64,000 nucleotides of DNA from Thermodesulfobacteriota bacterium (GTDB taxonomy: Bacteria > Desulfobacterota > Binatia > Bin18). The DNA lies in contig OZ219926.1 in NCBI GenBank assembly GCA_964291405.2, forward strand, positions 2,368,001-2,432,000. The letters run 5' to 3'. The notes beneath the pieces were generated by a model. The model worked only from the letters and a program-made list of their open reading frames with translations. It was not told where the DNA came from and made no database searches. A program made the position numbers and the translations under genes. Of this stretch, positions 11,051 through 18,910 are shown in pieces (position 1 is the stretch's first letter; each line of letters begins with the position of its first letter).

Positions 11051-11104
11051 AAAAGGAAACGTGTCCGGCATCATACATGCTATTGGAGGACACATTTCCT
11101 TTTT
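11051..11104. repeat. Palindromic element family A, copy 3
   Basis: AAAAGGAAACGTGTCC...GGACACATTTCCTTTT. Confidence 0.85.
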
Positions 11105-11128
11105 CGAAGGTACGCGTGAGAAGAGCGC

Positions 11129-12097
11129 TTATTCCAAGGCCGCTCGATCTTCATTCACCAGCTTGGCAGACATTGGATAGTAGCCGTCCTTGACCACGAT
11201 CTCTTGTCCTTCCTTGCTCAGGACAAACTTGAGAAATTCCTTAGTCAGGGGGTCGAGCGCCTTGTTCGGTTCCTTGTTCACATAGACAAACAGGAAGCGG
11301 GATAAGGGATACTGACCGCTGGCCACATTCTCGTACGTGGGCTCGACATAATCACTGCCTTCTTTGACTAGCGGGATGGCACGTACGCCAGAGGTCGTGT
11401 AGCCAATACCGCTGTAGCCGGCCCCTTTTCTGTCCTCACTCACGCCTTGGACTACAGAGGCCGAGCCCGGCTGCTCTTTCACCGTATCCTTGTAGTCGCC
11501 CTTGCACAGCGCGACCTTCTTGAAGAAGCCGTAGGTGCCCGAGGCGGAATTACGACCGTACAGGCTGATCGGCGCTGAGGCCCAGTTACCGCTCAGGCCC
11601 AGGTCGCCCCAGGTGGCGGTATCCAGAGTCGCGCCGCATTTGCGGTTTTTCGAGAACAGGGCATCGACCTGCTGAATGTTGAGCCCCTGGATCGGATTAT
11701 CCTTATTGACAAAGACGGCCAGTGAGTCGAGCGAGGTCCGAACCGGAGTCGGTTTGTAGCCGAACTTCTTCTCAAACTCGTCCGTCTCTTTGCTCTTCAT
11801 GGCACGGGACATGGGACCGAGTTGGGCCGTGGCTTCAATCAACGCCGGCGGGGCGGTGCTTGAGCCTTTGCCTTCGATCTGGACGTTCACGTTGGGATAG
11901 ACTTTTTTAAACCCTTCGGCCCACAGGGTCATCAGGTTGTTGAGCGTATCTGAACCGATGCTGTTCAGGTTGCCCGAGATGCCGCTGACCTTTTCATAAC
12001 TGGGCAGGTCGGCGTCGACCTGAATCGTCTGGGCGCTTGCCACCGAGGCGCTCAGCGCCAGGGCTCCACACAGGGCCAGTAGTTTTCGCATTTTCAT
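11129..12097 (-). CDS. pstS: Phosphate ABC transporter substrate-binding protein
   Basis: Signal peptide, [31 protein letters not shown]. Confidence 0.95.
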   Translation of the reverse strand: MKMRKLLALCGALALSASVASAQTIQVDADLPSYEKVSGISGNLNSIGSDTLNNLMTLWAEGFKKVYPNVNVQIEGKGSSTAPPALIEATAQLGPMSRAMKSKETDEFEKKFGYKPTPVRTSLDSLAVFVNKDNPIQGLNIQQVDALFSKNRKCGATLDTATWGDLGLSGNWASAPISLYGRNSASGTYGFFKKVALCKGDYKDTVKEQPGSASVVQGVSEDRKGAGYSGIGYTTSGVRAIPLVKEGSDYVEPTYENVASGQYPLSRFLFVYVNKEPNKALDPLTKEFLKFVLSKEGQEIVVKDGYYPMSAKLVNEDRAALE

Positions 12098-12121
12098 ACT
12101 CTCTCCTCCATAGGGATTACT

Positions 12122-13537
12122 TTAGAAATCGACCATGAAGCGCGCCTGGACGATATCGGCATCGCCGCAGTGGTCACCCATGTCGCCTTTGTAATAACAG
12201 TCATCTTCATCCAACATCGCGCGCACATAGTTGAGCATAAAGCGCATGTTAGGGTTGAGATACCAGTTGACGCCAAAGGTGAAGTTGCTCAGCTCGCCGC
12301 CGTTCATGTCTTCGTCGTTCAGGTCTAGCATGGAGTAGCGGGCCGCGAGTTCCAACGCCCCGTAGCCGCCCTTCCAGTCGAAATTGTTCTTGGGCTTGAC
12401 CCGGTCGAACGCTCCATTCGAGGTCTTGTAGGCCCGATGCTCTCCGGTCAGGAAGAAACTGCCGAAGACGTAAAACCCGTCATAGTGGATGTCGTCTCCC
12501 GAGGGTCGGTCAACCAAGGCGCTCATCCACTCGAACTGCACCGAGGCCGGGCCGTATACCAGCGCCACTTCGGGGTTGAAGTAGTCCACGTCCTCGATGT
12601 GAAACTTCGGGGTTTCTACGAACCGGGGGCCGAGATGCGCTTCGGGCCGTTGACGCCACCGAATCCTGTTGCCCTTGTCGTGGAACGCGTGCCGGTATGA
12701 CAGTCCGAGGTGGAGGAGCTGTCGGCCCTTTTCCTGATACCAGGGCAGGGTCGTAAACCGGGTCGTGGCATTGTAGACCCCGCTGTTGCCGAAGGTCGTG
12801 CTGGTGTCGGCCGGATTGCCTTCCCGGAAAAAACCGAACGCCGCGGTAGCGCGCTTATCCAGAAAGGCCCGGTTCAAGCGCACACCGAGGTTACGACCGC
12901 TGGAGAATACATTGGGCAGCGAGCGCTCCATAAAGGTAAGGTATTTACTGCTATTCAGTTCTTCGAGCGAGAACGGCTCCTTGAAATGGCCGACCGTGAA
13001 GTTCCCGGCCATCGGGACTTTCTTGATCTGGATATAGGCATCTTTGAACGGGTCGGAGCTGGCAAAGTCGTACTGAAATTTGTACTTGATGTTGCCGTAG
13101 ACGCTGCCTTCCATGAAGAAGCGTGCCCGCCGGAACTCCGTGCCATCGCCGATTCGGCCAAACTGTCGCCGAATCTTCTTGTCCGTGCTGTAGACGGCCC
13201 AGTCGTTCTGGATTCGACCGCCGACCTTCAGCTTGAATTTGCCGTCGGCCGAGTCGAGCCGCAGCCCGCTCTTCCAGTAGGCGGCCAGAAAATTCTTCTT
13301 GCCGACGTTTTTCTCTAAGCCTTCGACCTTTTGAGTCAGGTCCGAGGCGGCCGCAACCTTCTCATCCTCGGCTTGGGCCTTAATCATCAGATCGCGGTAC
13401 TGCTCCTCGCTGATCTGCCCATTGGCTTTCAGAATATCCAGGATTTCTGCGGCCACATTCTTGGCCTGGGCTGGTCGTGCCAGCAGCAGCCCGGCCGCAA
13501 CAAGGCCGACGCAGAACGCTAATCCCAATCGTCTCAT
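12122..13537 (-). CDS. Phosphate-selective porin, OprO/OprP family
   Basis: EFRRAR, GHFKEPFSLEELNSSKYLTFMERS, GVNWYLNPN, C-terminal Phe; first gene of the pst operon. Confidence 0.9.
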   Translation of the reverse strand: MRRLGLAFCVGLVAAGLLLARPAQAKNVAAEILDILKANGQISEEQYRDLMIKAQAEDEKVAAASDLTQKVEGLEKNVGKKNFLAAYWKSGLRLDSADGKFKLKVGGRIQNDWAVYSTDKKIRRQFGRIGDGTEFRRARFFMEGSVYGNIKYKFQYDFASSDPFKDAYIQIKKVPMAGNFTVGHFKEPFSLEELNSSKYLTFMERSLPNVFSSGRNLGVRLNRAFLDKRATAAFGFFREGNPADTSTTFGNSGVYNATTRFTTLPWYQEKGRQLLHLGLSYRHAFHDKGNRIRWRQRPEAHLGPRFVETPKFHIEDVDYFNPEVALVYGPASVQFEWMSALVDRPSGDDIHYDGFYVFGSFFLTGEHRAYKTSNGAFDRVKPKNNFDWKGGYGALELAARYSMLDLNDEDMNGGELSNFTFGVNWYLNPNMRFMLNYVRAMLDEDDCYYKGDMGDHCGDADIVQARFMVDF

Positions 13538-13662
13538 ATGGTATGTCTCCTCCTCCAGTGTTGAATTCCTGCTCTGACGTTTCTCCAGTACCTCGGTTGA
13601 CGCATGACTTCTTCTATACCATTTCCGCAGATCACCCCCTCTCGTGCGGGCCAGAGATGAGC

Positions 13663-13716
13663 AGGGTAGGTTCGGGCTGTTACAAGAAAGTGACAGGGCC
13701 GTTATGAATGTGTGAA
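13663..13716 (-). promoter_or_regulatory. Pho-box promoter of the oprP-pst-pho operon
   Basis: Four half-sites at 11-bp period (TTCACA, ATAACG, GTCACT, GTAACA), then -10 TACCCT. Confidence 0.8.
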
Positions 13717-13896
13717 AATCCAGGTCGGGTACGTATCGACGAGGCTAGAGCAAAATTCACATTAGTGTAGCGTCCACCGGCCTCCGCGCGTTGCCCGATA
13801 AGTCGGGGGCGCCCTGCGCACCGGGGCAAGGTGGTGCATGGGATGCACCCGACGGAACTCTGGAGAGCACCTCGCTACACCACGGAGGAAACTGCT

Positions 13897-14310
13897 CTAG
13901 CCGATTGCCTGACAGCCTGCGGGTATTGGCTTGTTCAAAGCGAGGGAGAGCTGGTGGTGGACAAGCCGACAGAGTTCGGAAATGGAAAATGGCTTGCCTA
14001 AACAGTAGTGTACGCCGCTGTGTTGCAGTTCTTTTTGCTGCCGCTGAGAAGCAAGGGCGCTCACCACGATAATCGGCACCTGACGGACGCGCGCATCCGA
14101 ATGCCGGCGGATATATTCGAGGACCTGCCAGCCGCTTTTCAGCGGCAGCAGGAGGTCTAAGGTCACCAGGTCGGGCCCAAAGGATTCAACCCGTGCGCAG
14201 GCCTGCTCTCCATCTTCGGCGATTTCGACGCAGGAGCCCGCTTGCTCGAGATTATAGGCGATCAGGTGAGCGATACTGGGCTCATCCTCCACGACCAGAA
14301 CTTTTTTCAA
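13897..14310 (-). CDS. Single-domain response regulator (receiver)
   Basis: VVEDE, DLVTLDLLLP, VVSA, KPF; no output domain. Confidence 0.85.
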   Translation of the reverse strand: MKKVLVVEDEPSIAHLIAYNLEQAGSCVEIAEDGEQACARVESFGPDLVTLDLLLPLKSGWQVLEYIRRHSDARVRQVPIIVVSALASQRQQKELQHSGVHYCLGKPFSISELCRLVHHQLSLALNKPIPAGCQAIG

Positions 14311-14397
14311 CAGGGCGTTCCTTCCTTACGGTCAGAGGGGGACAGTAGGAATGTGAGATTGCAGGAATATGACAAGCCTGTGAAGAAGTAATGGTTT

Positions 14398-15657
14398 TCA
14401 ATGCGACTGCGCGGTGGTTTGTCTTTCCTGGGGTGATACTCCCTGAGCGGATTGGAGGGTAGAAGCGGGGGCGGTCGAAGCAAACCATCCCTCGGTGCGC
14501 TGGCAGAAGCGCACCAGCAGCAGCATTACCGGGACCTCGATGAGCACGCCCACAACGGTCGCCAGGGCGGCTCCGGATGACAGCCCAAACAGCATGGTTG
14601 CCGTGGCAATGGCTACCTCGAAATGGTTGGAGGCACCAATGAGCGCAGTTGGGGCCGCATTCTGGTACGACAGTCTGAGGACTCTGGCCAGCCCGTAGGC
14701 CAGGGCGAACACCAGGACGGTTTGAATGAAGAGAGGAATCGCAATCCAGACAATCATCAGCGGATTGGACAGAATCATTTCGCCTTTGAGGGAGAACAGC
14801 AGGACCAGGGTGATGAGCAGGGCGCTAATAGTGACCGGCGTGAGAAAGTGGAGAAACCGCTCGCGGAACCATTGCTCACCTTTGGTCCGCATAATCCACT
14901 GACGAGAGCAATAGCCCGCCACCAGCGGCAGGGCGACATACACGCCAATGGACAGCAGCAGGGCTTGCCAGGGGACGGGCAGACGGCCGATTCCGAGCAA
15001 CACATCGCCCAGCACGCCGTACAGGACAAGCATGGTCAGAGAGTTCAGCGCGACCATGACCAGCGTCAGACCGTCATTCCCCTTGGCCAGATAGCCCCAA
15101 ACCAGGACCATGGCCGTACAAGGCGCGATGCCGAGCAGGATACAGCCGGCCAGATAGCTGCGCCACAGCGGCACCTCCAACATCTTGACGCCGTCTATCA
15201 ACACGACGGTTCCAGAGCCGTAGAGCGAGCCGACCGGCAGATTGAGACCGAACGGCATCTTGACGTGGTCAACGGCATCCGGGCCGATCACATCGAGAAA
15301 GAAGGTCCCGAGAAAAAGCACGGCAATTGCATACATGGTGAAGGGCTTGATGGCCCAATTGACAAACAGGGTGAGTCCGACCGGACGGACGCTCTTCCCC
15401 GCTCGAATGACCTCGGCAAAGTCGATTTTGACCATGATCGGGTACATCATGAAGAACAGACAGATCGCGATCGGAATCGAGACCACCGGCGCATCGCCGA
15501 CATACAGGGAGAGCCCGTCGAGAAAGGTCGCCATACCTGGTGCGACACTCCCCAGGCCGATGCCTGCGGCAATGCACAACAGGACCCAGACGGTCAGGTA
15601 GCGCTCAAAGACACTCAGCCCCTGCGACGGCTTGAACGGAGATGGTTTGGTGGCCAT
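14398..15657 (-). CDS. acr3: Arsenite efflux transporter Acr3
   Basis: [58 protein letters not shown]. Confidence 0.93.
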   Translation of the reverse strand: MATKPSPFKPSQGLSVFERYLTVWVLLCIAAGIGLGSVAPGMATFLDGLSLYVGDAPVVSIPIAICLFFMMYPIMVKIDFAEVIRAGKSVRPVGLTLFVNWAIKPFTMYAIAVLFLGTFFLDVIGPDAVDHVKMPFGLNLPVGSLYGSGTVVLIDGVKMLEVPLWRSYLAGCILLGIAPCTAMVLVWGYLAKGNDGLTLVMVALNSLTMLVLYGVLGDVLLGIGRLPVPWQALLLSIGVYVALPLVAGYCSRQWIMRTKGEQWFRERFLHFLTPVTISALLITLVLLFSLKGEMILSNPLMIVWIAIPLFIQTVLVFALAYGLARVLRLSYQNAAPTALIGASNHFEVAIATATMLFGLSSGAALATVVGVLIEVPVMLLLVRFCQRTEGWFASTAPASTLQSAQGVSPQERQTTAQSH

Positions 15658-15812
15658 GGGTATCCTCTCTCCTAAAAGAAGACAGAGTTCGCGGGAAGAA
15701 TTCGGACCATGTGACCTAAGCCAAAGAATATGACACTGACATTACAGAGCAAAGACATCTGCATGAACTGTGCATATTCTCAGTATTGAGAGTATGCGCG
15801 GACCACAGGTGG

Positions 15813-16544
15813 TTATGCGCAGCACGCGAGGTCTTCCTCGCGACGTTCCGTTGGTCCACAGCAAGCTGTTCCGGATTGTTTTTTCGCGAGTTGGCCAAGA
15901 TACGTTGTGTCCGCCAAGTAAAATGCGGTAAATCGGCTCTCAAAATCCTCAGCGACCGACTTTTCGGCAATACCTGTTGCCAGTATGGCTTCCTGCCATT
16001 GCTTCACTTTTGGAAACGCTCCGAGAAAGTCGAAGTCCGTATAGCGCTCGATAAGCGCGGCGCGATGGAGCAAGGGCAGCCAGGCGATATCCACCATGCC
16101 CAGGGTGTCTCCATCGAGGTATGGACCTTTCCCAAGCCGCGCTTCTATTCTTGCTTCCATTTTGGCGAAAGCCGTACCCAATGTTGCTCGGCCTTCCTCC
16201 AGTGTCCGTTCGTCCGTACTGCGTTGCGCACTGCATTGCGCCAGATAATGCTTTGACGCCAGAGAGGACCAGGCGCGGTCTTGGGCTTTCTTGACCGGGT
16301 CGTGAGCGGAAATTGGGTCTCCTGTCGTTTCGTCCAGGTATTCGACAATCGCATCGGACTCGAACAGGACCTGGTCATCATCTGTTATCAGAATCGGCAC
16401 CTGGCCGTTCGGAGAGGCTTCGAGAAACCAGGCCGGCTTCTTGCTGAGGTCGATATATTCGACATCGTACGGAACGTGCTTGGCCTCTAGCAGGGCGGTG
16501 ACACGCTGAACAAAAGGACACGTTTTAAAGCTGACAATTTTCAT
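15813..16544 (-). CDS. Glutathione S-transferase, Cys-type active site, with vicinal-Cys C-tail
   Basis: CPFVQRV, SPNGQVPIL, FESDAIVEYLDE; tail ACCG...ACCA. Confidence 0.88.
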   Translation of the reverse strand: MKIVSFKTCPFVQRVTALLEAKHVPYDVEYIDLSKKPAWFLEASPNGQVPILITDDDQVLFESDAIVEYLDETTGDPISAHDPVKKAQDRAWSSLASKHYLAQCSAQRSTDERTLEEGRATLGTAFAKMEARIEARLGKGPYLDGDTLGMVDIAWLPLLHRAALIERYTDFDFLGAFPKVKQWQEAILATGIAEKSVAEDFESRFTAFYLADTTYLGQLAKKQSGTACCGPTERREEDLACCA

Positions 16545-16562
16545 CCGTCGCTCCTTCTCTGT

Positions 16563-16580
16563 TGTATATTCTCTTATACA
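16563..16580. promoter_or_regulatory. Palindromic operator candidate upstream of the GST-acr3 operon
   Basis: TGTATA-N6-TATACA overlapping a TATAAG -10 on the minus strand. Confidence 0.5.
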
Positions 16581-16621
16581 GACGAATGAGGCAGGGCAAA
16601 GGATGCAAAATAGAGAGGAAC

Positions 16622-16723
16622 AAAAAAGGCCCGCAGGAAAAAGGAGGGGAAACCTGCGGGCCTCGATACACGCTGAGTCGGGGAGAACTCAGCTATGTAT
16701 GCGTGTGTTCATAAACAGTTATG
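16622..16723 (-). ncRNA. Putative sRNA with two C-rich hairpin loops, sibling copy 1
   Basis: TTCCCA-17-TATAAG promoter (16758-16730); loops CUCCCCG and UUUCCCCUCCUUU; U-tract terminator; homologous to 61695-61799. Confidence 0.75.
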
Positions 16724-16816
16724 GGAACCCTTATAGCATGAACAGACAGGCTTGGGAAGATAATGCTGCCTGAATTATGCGAATCTATATTATTAGAGAA
16801 ATTGATAGGTCCATAT

Positions 16817-18214
16817 TCAGACAAATTGTAAAAACAGGGTTAAAATACCCAAAAAGGACAAAAAGCCAAAAATATCCGTGCACGCGGTGACAAACACGTT
16901 TGAGGCCACCGCCGGATCAACACCCAGGCGACGGAGGGTCAGGGGGACCATACTCCCGACAGACGCCGCAATGATTAGGTTGGCCAGCAGCGCCAGCGCC
17001 AGCACGACGCCCAGGGTGGGATCGCCCTTCCACAGGTAAGCAAGAATGCCGGCCGCGGCACCAAGAGCCAGACCATTGCCCAACGCGATGGTCAGTTCCT
17101 TGACTAACACCCGCTTGGTTTGTGTCAGTGGGACTTCACCCAGAGCAATACCCCGAACGATGACGGTAAGTGTTTGTACGCCGGCATTTCCACCCTGGGC
17201 CGCGACAATAGTCATAAAGGCCGCCGCAATGGCAATTTGCTGAATCGTTCCTTCAAAAAAGGCAATGACAAGAGCACTCAGCGTTGTGGTCACTAAATTG
17301 AGCGCCAGCCAGGGCAAACGAAGGCGGATAGACAGCCAGGGCGAGTCCAGCACTTCTTCCTCTTCATCGAGGCCGGCAAGCTTATAAATGTCTTCCGTCG
17401 CCTCCTCCTCCATGACATCAACCACGTCATCAACCGTAATACGCCCGAGTAAACATCCTTCGCTATCGACTACGGGCAGGGAAATCAGGTCATATTTTTT
17501 AAACATCTGGGCGACCTGTTCCTGATCCAGGTCCGCCCGAACCGAAATGACCTGCCGGTCCATGACGGTTTCGACGAGATCAGTCGGGCGGGCGAGAATA
17601 AACTTCCGGAGGGGGAGGACGCCGACGAGGCGATTGGTGTTACTCACGATAAAGACACTGTGGATATCCGGGATCTCATTGCTCTGACTGCGAATCATCT
17701 CAGTGGCTTGGTCGATACGCGTGCCTTGGGACACGGCCATATACTCGACCTGCATGATACCGCCGGCGGTATCCTCGGGATAACGTAAGAGTTGGGTGAC
17801 TTCGTCGGACACGTCCTGCGGCACTTCGTCGAGAACCGCTTTGGCGCGCCGCGCCGAGAGGGAGGCCAGCAAGTCCGTGGCGTCATCAGAGTCAAGATAT
17901 TCGACCAAGTCTCCTAGCCCGTCATCCGATAGGCGCTCAACGAGATCGTCTTTGGTGTGGGCGGAAACGAGACTTAAGACCTCGGCTGCCTGTGGGGCGG
18001 CCAGAAAGCCAAACACCTTGTGCTTCACCTCAGGCTCTTCCAGCACATTCAACAACTCTGCGGTGTCCGCTGGGTGCAGGGCGGCAACCCCCGTCCGCAC
18101 AATCTCGTCCTGACCCAACTCGGCCTGAATGACGAGATGTTCGAGGGAAGGCGGTTGCGGGGAGCCCTGAGGTGAGGCCGCTGCAACCGGCGGATATGTC
18201 GTCTGCGCTTCCAT
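16817..18214 (-). CDS. mgtE: Magnesium transporter MgtE
   Basis: HPADTAE, YPEDTAGGIM, CBS pair, GRITVDDVVD, RLPWL, GGNAGVQT, GVDPAVAS. Confidence 0.95.
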   Translation of the reverse strand: MEAQTTYPPVAAASPQGSPQPPSLEHLVIQAELGQDEIVRTGVAALHPADTAELLNVLEEPEVKHKVFGFLAAPQAAEVLSLVSAHTKDDLVERLSDDGLGDLVEYLDSDDATDLLASLSARRAKAVLDEVPQDVSDEVTQLLRYPEDTAGGIMQVEYMAVSQGTRIDQATEMIRSQSNEIPDIHSVFIVSNTNRLVGVLPLRKFILARPTDLVETVMDRQVISVRADLDQEQVAQMFKKYDLISLPVVDSEGCLLGRITVDDVVDVMEEEATEDIYKLAGLDEEEEVLDSPWLSIRLRLPWLALNLVTTTLSALVIAFFEGTIQQIAIAAAFMTIVAAQGGNAGVQTLTVIVRGIALGEVPLTQTKRVLVKELTIALGNGLALGAAAGILAYLWKGDPTLGVVLALALLANLIIAASVGSMVPLTLRRLGVDPAVASNVFVTACTDIFGFLSFLGILTLFLQFV

Positions 18215-18229
18215 GCGTCGTCTCGCTTC

Positions 18230-18283
18230 AAAGAGGAAACGTGTCCAGCATCTCTCTATCATTGGAGAGCACGTTTCCTCTTT
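18230..18283. repeat. Palindromic element family A, copy 4
   Basis: AAAGAGGAAACGTGTCC...GAGCACGTTTCCTCTTT. Confidence 0.85.
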
Positions 18284-18368
18284 TCGTCCGAACTGTAGCT
18301 GCCAAATCACAAAAGATGAATGGCCTCGCCTACAGTGGGAGTGACCTGAGCAGATGCGGCCCGACGGC

Positions 18369-18421
18369 GTCACACATTTTTCACCGGAGCGTCACAATGT
18401 TGTCATACAACGAGGAAACAT
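18369..18421 (+). promoter_or_regulatory. Pho-box promoter 1 in the mgtE-ppk1 interval
   Basis: Half-sites GTCACA (18369), TTCACC (18380), GTCACA (18391), GTCATA (18402); -10 candidate AAACAT. Confidence 0.75.
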
Positions 18422-18429
18422 AGGGGGAA

Positions 18430-18511
18430 GAAACGCTATCCCTACCCCCCGCGCTGCCAGGGCATGTTGATCCTCCTCCCTAGGGTCGCCCGCCCCTGGC
18501 AGCGCCCCCCT
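18430..18511 (+). ncRNA. Putative PhoB-dependent hairpin RNA, tandem copy 1
   Basis: 5' AACGCUAUCCCUACCCCCC, stem GCGCUGCCAGGG/CCCUGGCAGCGC, apical loop CCUCCCU. Confidence 0.65.
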
Positions 18512-18539
18512 TAGTGTCTTGAACTCTTATGCTGCACGA

Positions 18540-18593
18540 ATAACCGGACTGTCATTGAGCTGTCACTCAGGTGTAAAATCTCCCCGATAAGAT
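18540..18593 (+). promoter_or_regulatory. Pho-box promoter 2 in the mgtE-ppk1 interval
   Basis: Half-sites ATAACC (18540), GTCATT (18551), GTCACT (18562), GTAAAA (18573); -10 TAAGAT at 18588. Confidence 0.78.
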
Positions 18594-18596
18594 AGA

Positions 18597-18682
18597 GAAC
18601 GCTATCCCTACCCCCCGGCGCTGCTAGGTGCCGTGTCGATCTCCCTCCCTAGGATCACACGCCCTGGCAGCGCCCCCTCCTC
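18597..18682 (+). ncRNA. Putative PhoB-dependent hairpin RNA, tandem copy 2
   Basis: Same 5' tail, stem GGCGCUGCUAGG/CCUGGCAGCGCC, loop CCCUCCCUA. Confidence 0.65.
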
Positions 18683-18845
18683 TCGCTACTGTGGGTTCAT
18701 AACCTGATGCTATCCTGGTCGATAGAAACAGTAGCGTCCTGGTGTGGGCTGGTCGGGTAGCGCAGATCGCTCTACGGGGTTGCTATTCAGCGTGCTGAGC
18801 TTATATCTATCGTTGTCGGAGCGTACACCAGATGTCTGATAGAAG

Positions 18846-18895
18846 GAGGAAACGTGTTCTCCAATGGTAGAGAGATGCTGAACACGTTTCCTCTT
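18846..18895. repeat. Palindromic element family A, copy 5
   Basis: GAGGAAACGTGTTC...GAACACGTTTCCTCTT; near-identical inverted copy of copy 4. Confidence 0.85.
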
Positions 18896-18910
18896 GACGG
18901 CGGTATCTGC

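Noticed and set aside
18443-18482. Minus-strand GGAGGAGG SD plus ATG encoding MPWQRGG inside tandem unit 1
   Set aside because: Unit 2 has ACG at the same position, and the Pho boxes point to plus-strand transcription.
18430-18682. Tandem repeats as a possible CRISPR array
   Set aside because: Only two ~80-bp units separated by promoter sequence; no cas genes in the window.
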